DNA from: Halocafeteria seosinensis
Lineage: Eukaryota
DNA: 64,000 nucleotides
NCBI GenBank assembly: GCA_001687465.1
Contig: LVLI01000241.1
Location: forward strand, 1 to 64,000
Reading direction: 5' to 3'
Shown: piece after piece, positions 1 through 11,612 of the stretch
Numbering within the stretch: the first letter of the stretch is position 1
Layout of the letters: each line of letters opens with the position of its first letter
Translations under genes and position numbers: made by a program
The notes under the pieces: generated by a model
Database searches by the model: none
What the model was told of the DNA's origin: nothing
Seen by the model: only the letters and a program-made list of their open reading frames with translations

Positions 1-250
1 GCACAGGCCAACACATGGAAATGGAAGGGGTAAACAGCATAGGAAGCATTTATTGGGTTTCTTTACAAATGACACTTCATCGTCAAGTTGATCCGGCAAA
101 ATTGTCTGCAATGAGAATTCCATGGGAAATCACCATCCAGCTTGGATTACTCGCGCAGCCTATACGCACCTCTTCACATTCCCACAGTGGACAAACTATG
201 TGGCAGCAGACGCATTTGCCATATTTCTGTCGTAGTTCATCGCCTGCCAT
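1..250 (-). CDS. Cys-rich family protein, inverted copy (5' part only; runs off the window)
   Basis: Mirror image of the 1222-1471 part of copy A: ATG at 250, exon 250-170, intron 169-106, exon 105 to <1. The only exonic difference seen is synonymous (TTA/CTA Leu). Confidence 0.75.
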
Positions 251-1471
251 AGTCGACACGCATTCATGAAGCAGCGTCCAGGGATCGAATCTCAATGCAA
301 CAAAACGAATATTCAAGCATTCCGGGGCGGACATTGAATGCATGAAGAGATCGGTCGTGTGTACGACGACGAATATCAAACCATCCTCTCTACGAAACTC
401 TCTGCTGGAGTCTAACTTACCAAGCGGTTGATCACCAGAAAGCGCCGCACTTGTGAAGGTAGTCCCGGTAGCGACCAACGTGGTTGCAGCGAATCGCCAG
501 CGAGTCGCCAGCGACCCCAAAGGCTCAGCCGAGAACAGGCCCGTCCACCTTGCACGTCGCCGAGATTGAGCAATTCACCCGATTACAGCAACAAGGTCAT
601 ACAGCTCTTCGACCGCGAGCAGGGGCATCGCAGGCTCATTCTTCACGAGCTTCACACCACATATGACGCCCGACAGCATGCCGCAGGAAAACTGATGCAT
701 TATACGTCCACAAGAAAGGATGTCTCATGAACGGGGTAACGGTGCCATTCTGGTTTCTCAGCAGTTCCAAAGGAGGCGCTCAAGAGTGTGAGTCGTCTCC
801 GATTCATCTCCATGAAGAAAGAGGGGAAGAAGACCAACCTGCGATGCCCCTGCTCGCGGTCGAACAGCTGTATGACCTTGTTGCTGTAATCGGGTGAATT
901 GCTCAATCTCGGCGACGTGCAAGGTGGACGGGCCTGTTCTCGGCTGAGCCTTTGGGGTCGCTGGCGACTCGCTGGCGATTCGCTGCAACCGCGTTGGTCG
1001 CTACCGGGACTACCTTCACCAGTGCGGCGCTTTCTGGTGATCAACCGCTTGGTAAGTTAGACTCCAGCAGAGAGTTTCGTAGAGATGATGGTTTGATATT
1101 CGTCGTCGTACACACAACCGATCTCTTCATGCATTCAATGTCCGCCCCGGAATGCTTGAATATTCGTTTTGTTGCATTGAGATTCGATCCCTGGACGCTG
1201 CTTCATGAATGCGTGTCGACTATGGCAGGCGATGAATTACGACAGAAATATGGCAAATGCGTCTGCTGCCACATAGTTTGTCCACTGTGGGAATGTGAAG
1301 AGGTGCGTATAGGCTGCGCGAGTAATCCAAGCTGGATGGTGATTTCCCATGGAATTCTCATTGCAGACAATTTTGCCGGATCAACTTGACGATGAAGTGT
1401 CATTTGTAAAGAAACCCAATAAATGCTTCCTATGCTGTTTACCCCTTCCATTTCCATGTGTTGGCCTGTGC
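1..1471. repeat. Long inverted repeat: arms 1-634 and 838-1471 with a 203-bp unique spacer; the left arm probably continues beyond the window start
   Basis: Position n pairs with 1472-n (GCACAGGCCAACACATGG at 1 vs CCATGTGTTGGCCTGTGC ending at 1471; GCAGG ending 634 vs CCTGC starting 838). I counted about six mismatches (235, 356, 386, 452, 481, 607). The mirrored ORF pairs in the track confirm the symmetry. Confidence 0.97.
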
Positions 1472-2365
1472 TGTGCAGCTCCATGGCTTTCAATAGAGGT
1501 AAGTTGAACCGCTTTAAGATATGCCGTCGCGGGTGTTATTTACCAGGATGCCGCAGATACATTGTGAGTTGTCAACTAGGCACCTTTGGAAGTGGTACCT
1601 TCCCGAAGTAGTTCTTTTCCAATGCAGCTGTGGATGCTAACGGCTACTTGAAAGTAACGCATCATTCTACATGCGGGGAATCTGCCGAAGAATACGAAGA
1701 TATTGTTGGTATTGTAAGTAAGATGCATGTATTTTCCCGTGTATCGCTAGAATTGTCTAGCGAAAACTGGAATTTTGTGTATGATACTGGCATTTGGATA
1801 TTCCAGAACTATATGAAGCAGTATGTCACATCGGAAAATGCCCCAAAGACACGTTTCCCCACTAGTGTGCTTGGACCGCTCGACGAGGTCGAAAGTGCGG
1901 TGAACGAGTTCTTGAAGGATCGACGAGAGGGTAAGCTTCTTTACAAAATGCTTTTCCGCTGTACATAGGGACAGTGCTCGTAATTGTTCTGGGTGATCCT
2001 CGACAGCGGCGGGTGTTCTACTTGAAAACCCTCGTAAAATACAGCTGGAAATGAGTGCTATGGGTGCTCAACAGCCGCAGTACCCGCATCCTCCTCATCA
2101 AGGCTGGCACCAGTCTCCGATTATGCAAGCAGCTGGTACACATGGAGGGCCTATGCATATGCAAGCACAATACCAGTCGGGTCAACCAGGAGCGGCCATT
2201 CCTCCACAATTCCCGCATCAGCACACGTGTTCGTCGCCGCAACAGCATCCTGAGTCAGCGCCATGTTATCCGCAGAATGCAGTATTCATGGCTGGTCCTC
2301 AGCACCAGGCCATGTCACAGCAGGCACAGTATCCCTATCCTCCTCAGCAACTTTCCTCAGTATGA
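1222..2365 (+). CDS. Uncharacterised protein, Cys-rich N-terminus and Gln/Pro-rich C-terminus, copy A (~262 aa, 6 exons)
   Basis: Exons 1222-1302, 1367-1498, 1557-1563, 1628-1713, 1807-1930, 2007-2365; all GT-AG and phase-consistent. Gives MAGDELRQKYGKCVCCHIVCPLWECEE|TILPDQLDDEVSFVKKPNKCFLCCLPLPFPCVGLCCAAPWLSIE|IHS|VDANGYLKVTHH..., colinear with copy B. Confidence 0.85.
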
Positions 2366-2487
2366 ATTTCAAGGGTGTACACGCTATTCTACCAGGTAGT
2401 GGTTTTGGGGTTGACGACTCAGGGCTACCTTGTCTAAAGGACAATCATTTGCACAAGACCAAGATCCATTCTCTGTTCATCTGGCTG

Positions 2488-2562
2488 GAGCAAATTTGGG
2501 AAGTGGGTATGTTATAAGTACTCTGCCCGCTTTGGGATTGCCAACAGGTGCGTGCTAATCCA
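2488..2562 (+). pseudogene. Decayed fragment of exon 1 and the start of intron 1 of copy B
   Basis: GGGAAGTGGGTATGTT..AAGTACTCTGCCCGC.TTGGGATTGCCAACAGGTGCGTGCTAATCCA is nearly identical to ~3225-3299, but has indels and no start codon or downstream exons. Confidence 0.8.
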
Positions 2563-3203
2563 TTCCATTCTGGCTGATCCACCCACTGGTTCCAGCAGCG
2601 GCTGGGCGAGCCGCTCCGTTTCACATATTTCGAGACTGTTACCGCACCGGCACTGTGGTACCCGAGATAACCTCTATTTCCTAGGCCTTCCATAGCACCT
2701 GCACAATCCATACAGAAAATCGACCGTGTTATTGTTTTGCGGGTCTTCGAGTGTACAGCGCATCCAATTACAACGGACGTGTACCCGATTGCTCAGCAGG
2801 AAGACTCCCCTTTTCGAAAAGTGAATCTCGTCCTACGTTTTATTCTTGTGAGAAAGAGACATAGGCCCCTTTGTATGAGTCGTAAACACAAAGTGCTTAC
2901 CCTCCCGTCTGCGACGTGCAGTTGATGTGTGTACTGGCGGCTGCACTGCAGCAATGAGAGTGTGTTCGACACCCATAATAAGGATCAGAAGTGCTGTCAG
3001 TGCTGACTCAGCACATACAAAATATCCGTATACCTTTGATATTGTCCCACCGTTTTCTCCGCGCTTTACATATAAGCGAATCGGTGCACACGGTAATAAT
3101 AAATTGTAGCCCAGCAGGAATTGCACAACGTAGTTGTGCAAGACGTGTACCTCACCAACACTGGCGACCATCTCATGGCTGCGCATTGTAACGGCAGCCA
3201 ATT

Positions 3204-4633
3204 ATGGCAGGGGAAGAGCTCAGCGAGCAATTCGGGAAGTGGGTATGTTGTAAAGTACTCTGCCCGCCTTGGGATTGCCAACAGGTGCGTGCTAATCCAG
3301 GCAATCGTGTATACAAAGGGCTTGCCAACTCCGAGAGGTTTTGCAGACGGTGGTGCCAGAGCAAGTGAATGAAGAAGTCGCCTGGGTGGATAAACCAGCG
3401 AAGTGGGCAATCTACTGCTGCCTTTTACCATGGCCCTGTATTGGCTGCTGTTATCTCGCCTTGGGGTGCTCCATTGATGTAAGGGAATGCCCTCTTGTGT
3501 GTATGGCAGCGTGCTTTAGCTGTAACGCGAGTTGCCCCAATTGCAGATACACTGTATGTTGCGACGTGATTTTCAATATCAAGGGACGTTCTCAAGCTAT
3601 CAGTTGTTGTGTGTAGCTGGTTGCAGCGGTCGACGAGATGGGTCGCCTGAAAATCAGACACCACTACCCTTGCAGCTATCAAGAGGAAGAGCATGAGGAT
3701 GTTGTTGGTGTAGTAAGTCACGGGAACTTATCTTGGACATCTACTCCCTTCGTCCGGTTGACACGTATCCAATGGGATACAGAATTGGACAAACGAGTAT
3801 ATAGACTCAAAGCAGAATGAGATCCGAAACTTCGGTGGAATGACGAGTTCTGTTGAGGAAGCCAAGGAGGCAGTTAACGACTTCTTGAAAGCGAGACGAG
3901 AACGTACGCTCAATGTTTTTGTTTTACAACCCAAGGGTTTCCTGCTAAAATCATCTGGTTTCATTGAACTGTTTGAGACGCAGGCAACGGAGTGCGTCTT
4001 CAAGATGATGAAGCGAGGAACGCTCTGCAGAAGCTTGAAATGAAAAGTCTCCATGATCAGCCAGAGCAGGAAACACAATCACCCGAGGAGGAAGCTTCAC
4101 AGTACATGCAGAAAATGCGGGCGTCAGAGAAACGGGAGCATCCAGGGGATGATCCAGCGGGAACACCGCAGGTCCAGGTGCATCAGGGAGAGGCTTCAGC
4201 GGGGTGGCAAGAGTCTCCCATCATGCAAGCTTCCGCGGCACAAGGGCAATTTGTGAATCCACATTCTGCACATGTGCCAGCGGGAATTCCACAAGTCCCT
4301 CCGCAAGGAGCGATGCTAACACCTCAACAGCAGCAGTGGCATCAAGCTGCTATGATGCAGGCACAGATGCAGCCCCAGACGCATCCGCCACAGCCGCAAT
4401 ATATGATGTATCCTTCCGTCCCTCAACAACAGTATGTGATGCAGCAGTATCCTTTTGCATATCCTCCTCCCGCGCAGTGGACACAAGCTCTTCAGCAGTC
4501 AGCAGTGGATGGCGGACAACCACCTCAGTATGAACCGGCACGTATGCCAAGTTCCAGCTCTGATCCAAATGGACAAGGGGAGCAACACCCTCAATACCAT
4601 TCGTATACGAAATCGGCGTACTCTCCTGGTTAA
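3204..4633 (+). CDS. Uncharacterised Cys-rich / Gln-Pro-rich protein, copy B (~358 aa, 6 exons)
   Basis: Exons 3204-3284, 3347-3478, 3547-3553, 3627-3712, 3783-3903, 3984-4633. The first four exon lengths (81, 132, 7, 86 nt) and all phases are identical to copy A. MAGEELSEQFGKWVCCKVLCPPWDCQQ|TVVPEQVNEEVAWVDKPAKWAIYCCLLPWPCIGCCYLALGCSID|IHS|VDEMGRLKIRHH... Confidence 0.87.
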
Positions 4634-5017
4634 GAGTACAACCACATTGTACGATTCGAGTGCACGAGCAGCATGGCCCATCAGCGTTTTCTGATGATAC
4701 TAGGGAATTTCAAACGTTCACCATTTGATGTGCTCTGACTGACTACTACGGTTGTACACGTATGTACAAGTGGCACAGTTTCAAAAAATTTCCAATCAAT
4801 AAACGACAATCTTTTCTTCTAGATAGAGCGTAGGCCCGATTCCTCCTTTATACGTTCTTGCAGCTGTACATGAAGGTAGTGTATAGTTCGTTCGTTTCCT
4901 AGAGTAGTGTTAGTCCCTGTGAGCAGGGGTTGTCGCTTCGTTGGGTGCTTGATAGTATTGGATTCGTGTAGAGAGAGCCGAAACCCCGAGGAGAGTCAGC
5001 CATCGGACACAAAGATT

Positions 5018-7323
5018 ATGGAGATTGCATTACGTACACCTTCGGTAGGCTACCTTTCTTACGCATGGCTTCAGTTATTTCCCCATGTGCACTTTGCGTC
5101 TATGCTGTGGCGTGGATACAGGATAGCCGCTTGGTTGAAGGACCGAGAAAGACAGCTTCCGGAGACGGCTATGAAGTGATTCCTAAGAAACACTTAACAG
5201 GTTTACCGCCATGTGAATTGTTTATGTTTTCGAGAGATGGTCAATACTTAGCGTTAGCGGAGAAAGAGCAGGTGATTGTCTACCATGTGGACTCGGCGGC
5301 TCCTCAGATCTTTGTTACTCAGCGTAATGTGACTGCGCTTCACTTCTCACCATTGAATACGTACTTGGTTACTTGGCATCGCAAGAAAGGAGACGAAAGT
5401 AAGTCACTGCAGCTCTTAGAACGACATACATTTCTCGTTATCACTTCCTGGGATCGCTGTTTTTGGTGTGGCAGCTAATCTTAATGTGTGGAATGTGAGG
5501 AGTGGGTCCTTCGTTTGCGGATTCTACCAAAGAGACAGGAATCAAGAAATGTGGCCCACATTACAATGGAGTGATGACGAATGTATTTCTTGCCGATGCG
5601 TTAATAACGAAGTACATTTTTTTGATGGAAAAGAAATGTCCACTTCTGTCATTAATCGGTTACATTTACCGAATGTTAAACAAGCATCAATCGCCCCAGG
5701 AAAAGGACCAAAATATGGGTATGATATGCATTTTTTGTGTAGTAAGGGCATCGCAGCTTTAATATGAAGAAATTTTTTGTCTTCGGCGCTTGCAGAATAG
5801 GTGTTTTTGTTGGAACTAGCAACTCGCGACCTGCTGCCGTATCATTTTTCCAGTATCCTCATCTCTCCCCGGCAGAAGTAATAGCCTCCAAGAGCTTTGC
5901 CAAAGTAAGCCTATTTGCGGCATCCGTGATGTAATGTATTAGCAAGCTTCAGTGTATGCGCTTTCGTGCAGCTAGATGAAGCGGAGTTTCACTGGACTGC
6001 GGATGGGAAAGTCGTTCTCGCGCTATTGTCGACGGAAATGACATCAGACAGCTACTATGGAGAATCCCGCTTGTTTTTATTTACTATGGATGGGAAAGTG
6101 TCGATGCAAGTACCCTTACCTAAAGAAGGACCAGTCCATGACGTGCAATGGTCCCCGAAAGGAACTGAGTTTATTGCTATAGCTGGGAAATCGCCTCCAA
6201 AAGCAGCGCTGTTCGATCGCAAGGGCCAGCAGTTGCATAATTTTGGAGATGCCAGCCGAAACACCGTGAGTCTAGTTTTCTTAGTGGCCGAAGAATTCTA
6301 TCGTTGGATTTGTACTACTGTTCGCTACAGGTTGTGTGGAATCCCTTTGGAAGATTTTTTGTCCTAGCAGGCTTCGGAAATATGGCGGGGGAGGTGGACT
6401 TCTGGGATAGGGACAGTCTAAAGAAGCTAGGATCAAATTCAGCCCCTTGTACCGTAAAACGTAGGTTTATCCTTTTCTTATTTACTGCCTTCAATAGTGA
6501 TTCACTTTGCACAATGTATTCTTCGTGGCCAGATATATGGTCTCCTGACGGGCGTTTTTTTATGACTACTACCACTAGACCGAGATTGCAGGTCGACAAC
6601 GGATTCAAGGTTTTTCGATATACAGGAGAGGGACCTATCGTTCATGAAAAACATGAAGTACTTTATGATGTGATATGGCGACCCGCTCCAGCGGGAACGT
6701 ACCCCGATAGACCCGCCTCCCCGGATGCGCTAGAAAAAGCCACGAAGGATGTTGCTTCTTCTTCTGGAGCCGCCAAGCCGCGAGCTGTGTATCGCGCTCC
6801 TGGAAGTACCGGATTAGTGAGCCAAATGATGGCAGACGCTCGGCTAGGCAGCGGTTCCGAAACCGGTAATAGCAATAAGTCTGGTGCTGCTGCATCTCGC
6901 ACTCCAGTCGGAATGCCAAACGTTCCTCCAGGTATGCCTGCCTCTCAAGCACAAGCCCCGAAGAAGGGAGGAAAAAATAAGAATAAAAAGAAAAACAAGG
7001 GGGCAGCTACTAGTGCTGAAGCACCAGCCAAGGAAGATGCACACGACAAAGACGATGGCGAAGGAAGTGTGACTACACCAGGTGGCTCTCGCAGCGAGAA
7101 AGCACTCGAGGATATGACACTGGACGAGTTACGACGAGAACGGAGGAAGTTGGCAAAGAAGTTTAAGCAGATCGATAATCTTAAAAAGGCTCACGCCGAC
7201 GGCAAAGAGTTGAATGCTGACGAACGTTCCAAAGTAGATGGTGAGAAAGAACTTTCTTCTAAACTTGACTGGATCGTGGCCCAGATGAAGGCACTTCAGG
7301 GCCCCGAGAACTCCAAGGAATGA
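5018..7323 (+). CDS. EIF2A: Eukaryotic translation initiation factor 2A (beta-propeller), multi-exon
   Basis: Motifs SYYGESRLFL, KEGPVHDVQWSPKGTEF, RNT|VVWNPFGRFFVLAGFGNMAGEVDFWD, WSPDGRFFMTTTTRPRLQVDNGFKVF and C-terminal KKFKQIDNLK...LNADE..K; GT-AG introns join the ORF pieces. Confidence 0.95.
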
Positions 7324-7627
7324 TTGACGCATTGAGTAGTGTTTTAGGGGAATTTCGAATTCAATAGATATACATAGCAAATGATATTGTTAGGTACATA
7401 CATTACACTGAAAAACTCTTCTCTATTTTGTTGACGATATGGTCGTGAATTAGTTTTTATTGGTACAAAATCCTAAGCGACTCCTCCCTGGAGCTATACG
7501 AATTCAAATAGCCTCGAGGAAGTGAGCTCGATTCCTCCATGTATATGGTGTCATTAAGAGAACGTTCAGGTTTTTATTGAGGGTATTACGATAAAGAATT
7601 CATTTGTGCACTAGGAACCTTGCAACA

Positions 7628-10015
7628 ATGCCGTCAGCAAGCAAGAAGGGGCAGAAAAAGAAGACAGCCTCTCGAGCTAGTCAAAGATCGGACGACGAAG
7701 AGGAAGACAATGATCATGATATAGCGTCCCAAGAGGCGCAGGAACAAGATGCAGACGGAGGAGAAGGATCTTCCACTTCAAATCAAGTTGTACACAGATC
7801 GCATGTCAACAATAGTGAGGAAGATGGAGATGAACCACCACCGTAAGTGCTCAAGTCCTTCCATTTGAATTATGAACATGACTTATGCTTGCGCAATTTA
7901 CGGAACCCAGGGAAGACACCTTGAGAATTTTGCTGGCTACGGACTTACATGTGGGCTATGCTGAAAGTGACCACGTCCGTGGCCATGATTCTTTTTCGGC
8001 TCTGGAAGAGATTCTACAAACAGCTCGCCAGGAAAAAGTAGACTTCCTCTTGCTCGGCGGGGACCTTTTCCATGAAAACAAGCCGTCTAGGAACACAATG
8101 TACAGAGTAATAGAACTTTTTCGAAAGTATTGTTTAGGAGACGATCCGATCCCTTTTGAGATTGTCAGTGATGAAAACGTCAACTTTGGAGCAGCGAGCA
8201 AACATTTCAATTGTGCGAATTTCGAGGACCCCAATTTCAACATAGCACTTCCCGTATTCTCGATTCATGGCAATCACGACGACCCCAGCAGGGAAAGCGG
8301 ACAGCAAGATCTCTCAGCAATGGATATCTTGGAAGTTACGAACTTAATAAATTATTTCGGCCGTCACTCCAACGTGGAAGAGCTAGACATCTATCCTATT
8401 CTTCTGCAAAAAGGAATAACAAAATTTGCACTATACGGCATGGGGTCCATGCGTGACCAGCGTCTATACAATTTATTTTCGAGAAAGAAGGTACACTTTC
8501 ATCGTCCGGCTGAAGCCACGGAAGATTGGTTTAACATGCTAGCTGTACACCAAAACCGCGAAAACAGAGGAAGAGGCCAAAAAAATGCTTTACCTGAGTC
8601 CGTTCTTCCAGATTTCATGGACTTGGTACTTTGGGGTCACGAGCACGAATGCTTGATTGATCCGGTGTGGTCAACGAGTGATAAGTATCAAATTATTCAG
8701 CCTGGTTCATCTGTGAGAACGTCGTTAAGTGAAGGAGAAGCAAAAGATAAGAATATTGCCTTGTTGAGTGTCTACAAAACTTCCTTCAAGGTGAACCCTA
8801 TTCCATTGAAATGTGTTCGACCGTTTCGATTAACTGATATCACCTTGGGGGAGGAGCCCCATTTAGATAAGGATGATCCCAATGTCACAGAAAATGTCCG
8901 AGAATTGCTGTCTAACAAAGTAAGTGTACAATGCCTAGTTCTTCTCGATATCGAGTTTTATAAGTTTCTGATTCCAAGTTACAGGTAGATCAAATCATTG
9001 AAGAGGTTAACTCTCATGTTGAAGCGCTACCAGAGCACCTTACGCCCCCTAATAACATGAGATTGCCTCTGATTCGTGTCCGAGTAGAACACACTGGATT
9101 CACGCCTCTAAACAATCAACGATTTGGCAGCCAGTAAGTAACCGATCCCCTGTTGTTGGCGGTGGATGCTAACGCAATCGGAGGTCCCGCTTGGAATTTC
9201 TTCGCAGATTCGTATCGCGTGTAGCTAATCCTGCTGACATCCTTCTGTGGCACAAGCGTCGTTCTTCTGCTGCCTCCAACAAAGCCGGAAAAGGACTGGC
9301 GAAGTTCACTACTCAACCGGCGGCTCCGGAGCAACAGGCTATCAGCATCAAGGAGCTAGTTCAAGAGATGTTTGAGGAAAATAGTGGGCTATCGTTGTTT
9401 CCTGGAGCTCCAATGGCAGATGCCGTCGAAGAATATGTCGATAGAAATGAGCTCAATGCCATTAAAGGTACGAGGTGCGAATACCTACCGCCAGCACTTC
9501 AGCGTGTGAAAAAATCAGTTTGTTTTCAGAATGCGTTGAGGACCATCTGAGGAAGGTCCAAGACCACCTACACCGCAATAATTCTGTTAACACCCGGGAT
9601 ACTATTTTACAGGAATTGGATACTTTAGTATGTTTGCGTCAATACTAGTCGACTTGCATTTTCAATTGGTTTTCTTTATTGCCTGCAGACGACGGCCTTA
9701 GCTAAAGAACAAGGCACTGAGGCAAAGAAGAAGGCTATAAAGAAAGCTACGCAAGCCGCAACGGCATCCGTAGAAGAGGAAGAGTTTGATAGCTCCAATG
9801 ATATAGACGAGAACGGGGAGGAAAGTGGTACACAATCCCGACAGACTAGAATGGGTCGATTTTTGCAAAGGTCTACAGAAGATGAAGAGGAGAAAAGCGC
9901 AGATGCGGAAGACTCTGCTTCAGCTGCCTCTTCCACACGTCCTCGAAAGAGAGGACAGTCTATACGAGAAAGACTCAATCCGCGCAAGGGTGCTAAACGG
10001 TCAAAGAAAGCGTGA
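7628..10015 (+). CDS. MRE11: Double-strand break repair nuclease MRE11, multi-exon
   Basis: Phosphoesterase motifs ATDLHVG, GGDLFHENKPSR, IHGNHDDP, AVHQNR, WGHEHECLI, QPGSSV; LPLIRVRVE and QRFGSQFVSRVANP in later exons; last exon ends ...KRSKKA TGA at 10013-10015. Confidence 0.97.
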
Positions 10016-10049
10016 ACCGAGGCAACAGGGCTAATGATCCCAAGTACAT

Positions 10050-10776
10050 CTACAAATCGTCATGAGCAGATACGATTCCGGCGTCTGCAAGTAGCGTTGA
10101 AAGTTTTCCAGATTGATGAAGTTTCTCTACTTCATCATTACCGCCGACACTTTTTCCACCTGTGTACCATGTAAGTAAACGTCAGTGGCTCGAGCGCTAA
10201 CATACACAGAAGAGAGACTACTACCAACCAATGAAGACACGGGGCACAGTTCTACGTCCTGTAATTTTCTGTAACTCATCCTGCATTTCGGCTCCATGGT
10301 TGCTTTGATCCTGCGTTGCCCATACCAAGCTCTTTACCACGAACCTATTGGTTAGCCGCTGAACAAGTGCACTTACCAGTTCCAGGATCATAGGATCAGC
10401 ATGGGAGTATTTCGCAATGGTGGCCTTAGTCTGCAAGCATACCATCCAACGTGGAAATATAGCAAACATCGTCCATGCGAATATCGCCGACAAAAGACTC
10501 ATTTCATACTTTGCGGCAGAAGGGGCAGTAAGACTTGCTGCACGGAGGAAGTATGTGTGTGAAAGAAATTACAATCTTTTGGACCTCTCTTCATTCGGCA
10601 TACCTGAATATCACCACTGGGTGCTTCTCAATGACGTCCTGAACGAATTCGGGTACGTTAATATCGTCCTGTGGCTCTTGAGGCGCTGCTGAGACTGACG
10701 TCGCCATCACCGCCGTAGCCACTACGAGGCTCATCGCAAGCATTTTTATGCTTTTACCTTGCTGGGTAGCCGTCAT
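10050..10776 (-). CDS. Dithiol glutaredoxin (CPFC) with signal peptide and C-terminal HDDL
   Basis: Spliced product: hydrophobic leader ...VVIF|SKSYCPFCRK|TKATIAKY...|...GRRTVPRVFI|GGKSVGGNDEVEKLHQSGKLSTLLADAGIVSAHDDL*. Confidence 0.92.
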
Positions 10777-10933
10777 TTTGGCTTTACTCTATAGGGAGCT
10801 GTACGATACCAAGTTATCGTTTCAACAACTGAGAAAGTGTCTCTAGAATCACAATACCGTTGAAAGAGCTTCGTGTACGACTTCCAAGGAACCTTTTCTT
10901 GGGAATTGTAAACTACAACGTCCCTATCTTTGA

Positions 10934-11612
10934 ATGGAAGAAGCTACCCAATGCCAAAGAGTATGCAAATAAGGGAGGAGACATGTAGTTTTGCCCTGTA
11001 TATCTATTTGTGTACTCCAACAGCTGATGCAGGCTGGCATCATGCAGCAGCGTAGTTCGGTGAGGGAAGTGCATGGATGTGGGCATTTGGACTTCGTTGC
11101 CCTCCCGAGGAAGGAGTCTGGAGGAAGCGGACGTGCGTCTATGCTTAAGGGAGAACCTCCCCACCAGTATCAATTTCCAGAAAAGTTCCTCAAAGGCAAA
11201 GGAGCTTCTCAGGCGTGGTGGCTCATGCTCCGGACTGCCACCAGTGCTCCGCCGTAATCAAGTTAAACGTGCGCTAGAAAAGCAAGATGAACCGTTTCTT
11301 GATTGCGCTTACAATGTTTGGGAGTTCGTGGACCCACGTCTGTATGTATATTTGACGAACTCATTTCAGCTATCATAGCTGAGCTATGGCTCAACTAGGT
11401 ATGCGTACAACCGTCAACATATGGTATGGGACGAACCGCAGCTACTGTCAGATCAATCAAGGGTATCGCAGGTGGGGTGCTATTCTTGCAGGGCTCCGTA
11501 TGCTCCCAAAGTCCCTGTCTTGGTGTGCGGAGAATCGGCCAGCGATCTGCTGACCACTGGGAAGCAGCTATGCACAATACACCGTTTGAACGAAGAATTC
11601 CCATCGGATTGA
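10934..11612 (+). CDS. Possible small hypothetical gene (structure unresolved)
   Basis: ATG at 10934, a plausible 63-nt GT-AG intron (10961-11023) and several short + strand ORFs; no recognisable motif. Confidence 0.2.

Noticed and set aside
700..1044. Faint Ulp1-protease-like look of NKVIQLF...LVFFPSFF
   Set aside because: No catalytic His/Asp/Cys motifs follow and the frame closes; too weak to support.
83..1389. Mirrored 145-aa ORFs (83..520 and 952..1389) as genes or a transposon with terminal inverted repeats
   Set aside because: They are read-through of the real exon 1 (MAGDELRQ...) plus upstream DNA and intron; no transposase motif, and the arms contain host gene sequence.
4692..4738. 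TGATGA...CTGA box C/D-like pair
   Set aside because: Too short for a C/D snoRNA, with no terminal stem or recognisable guide.
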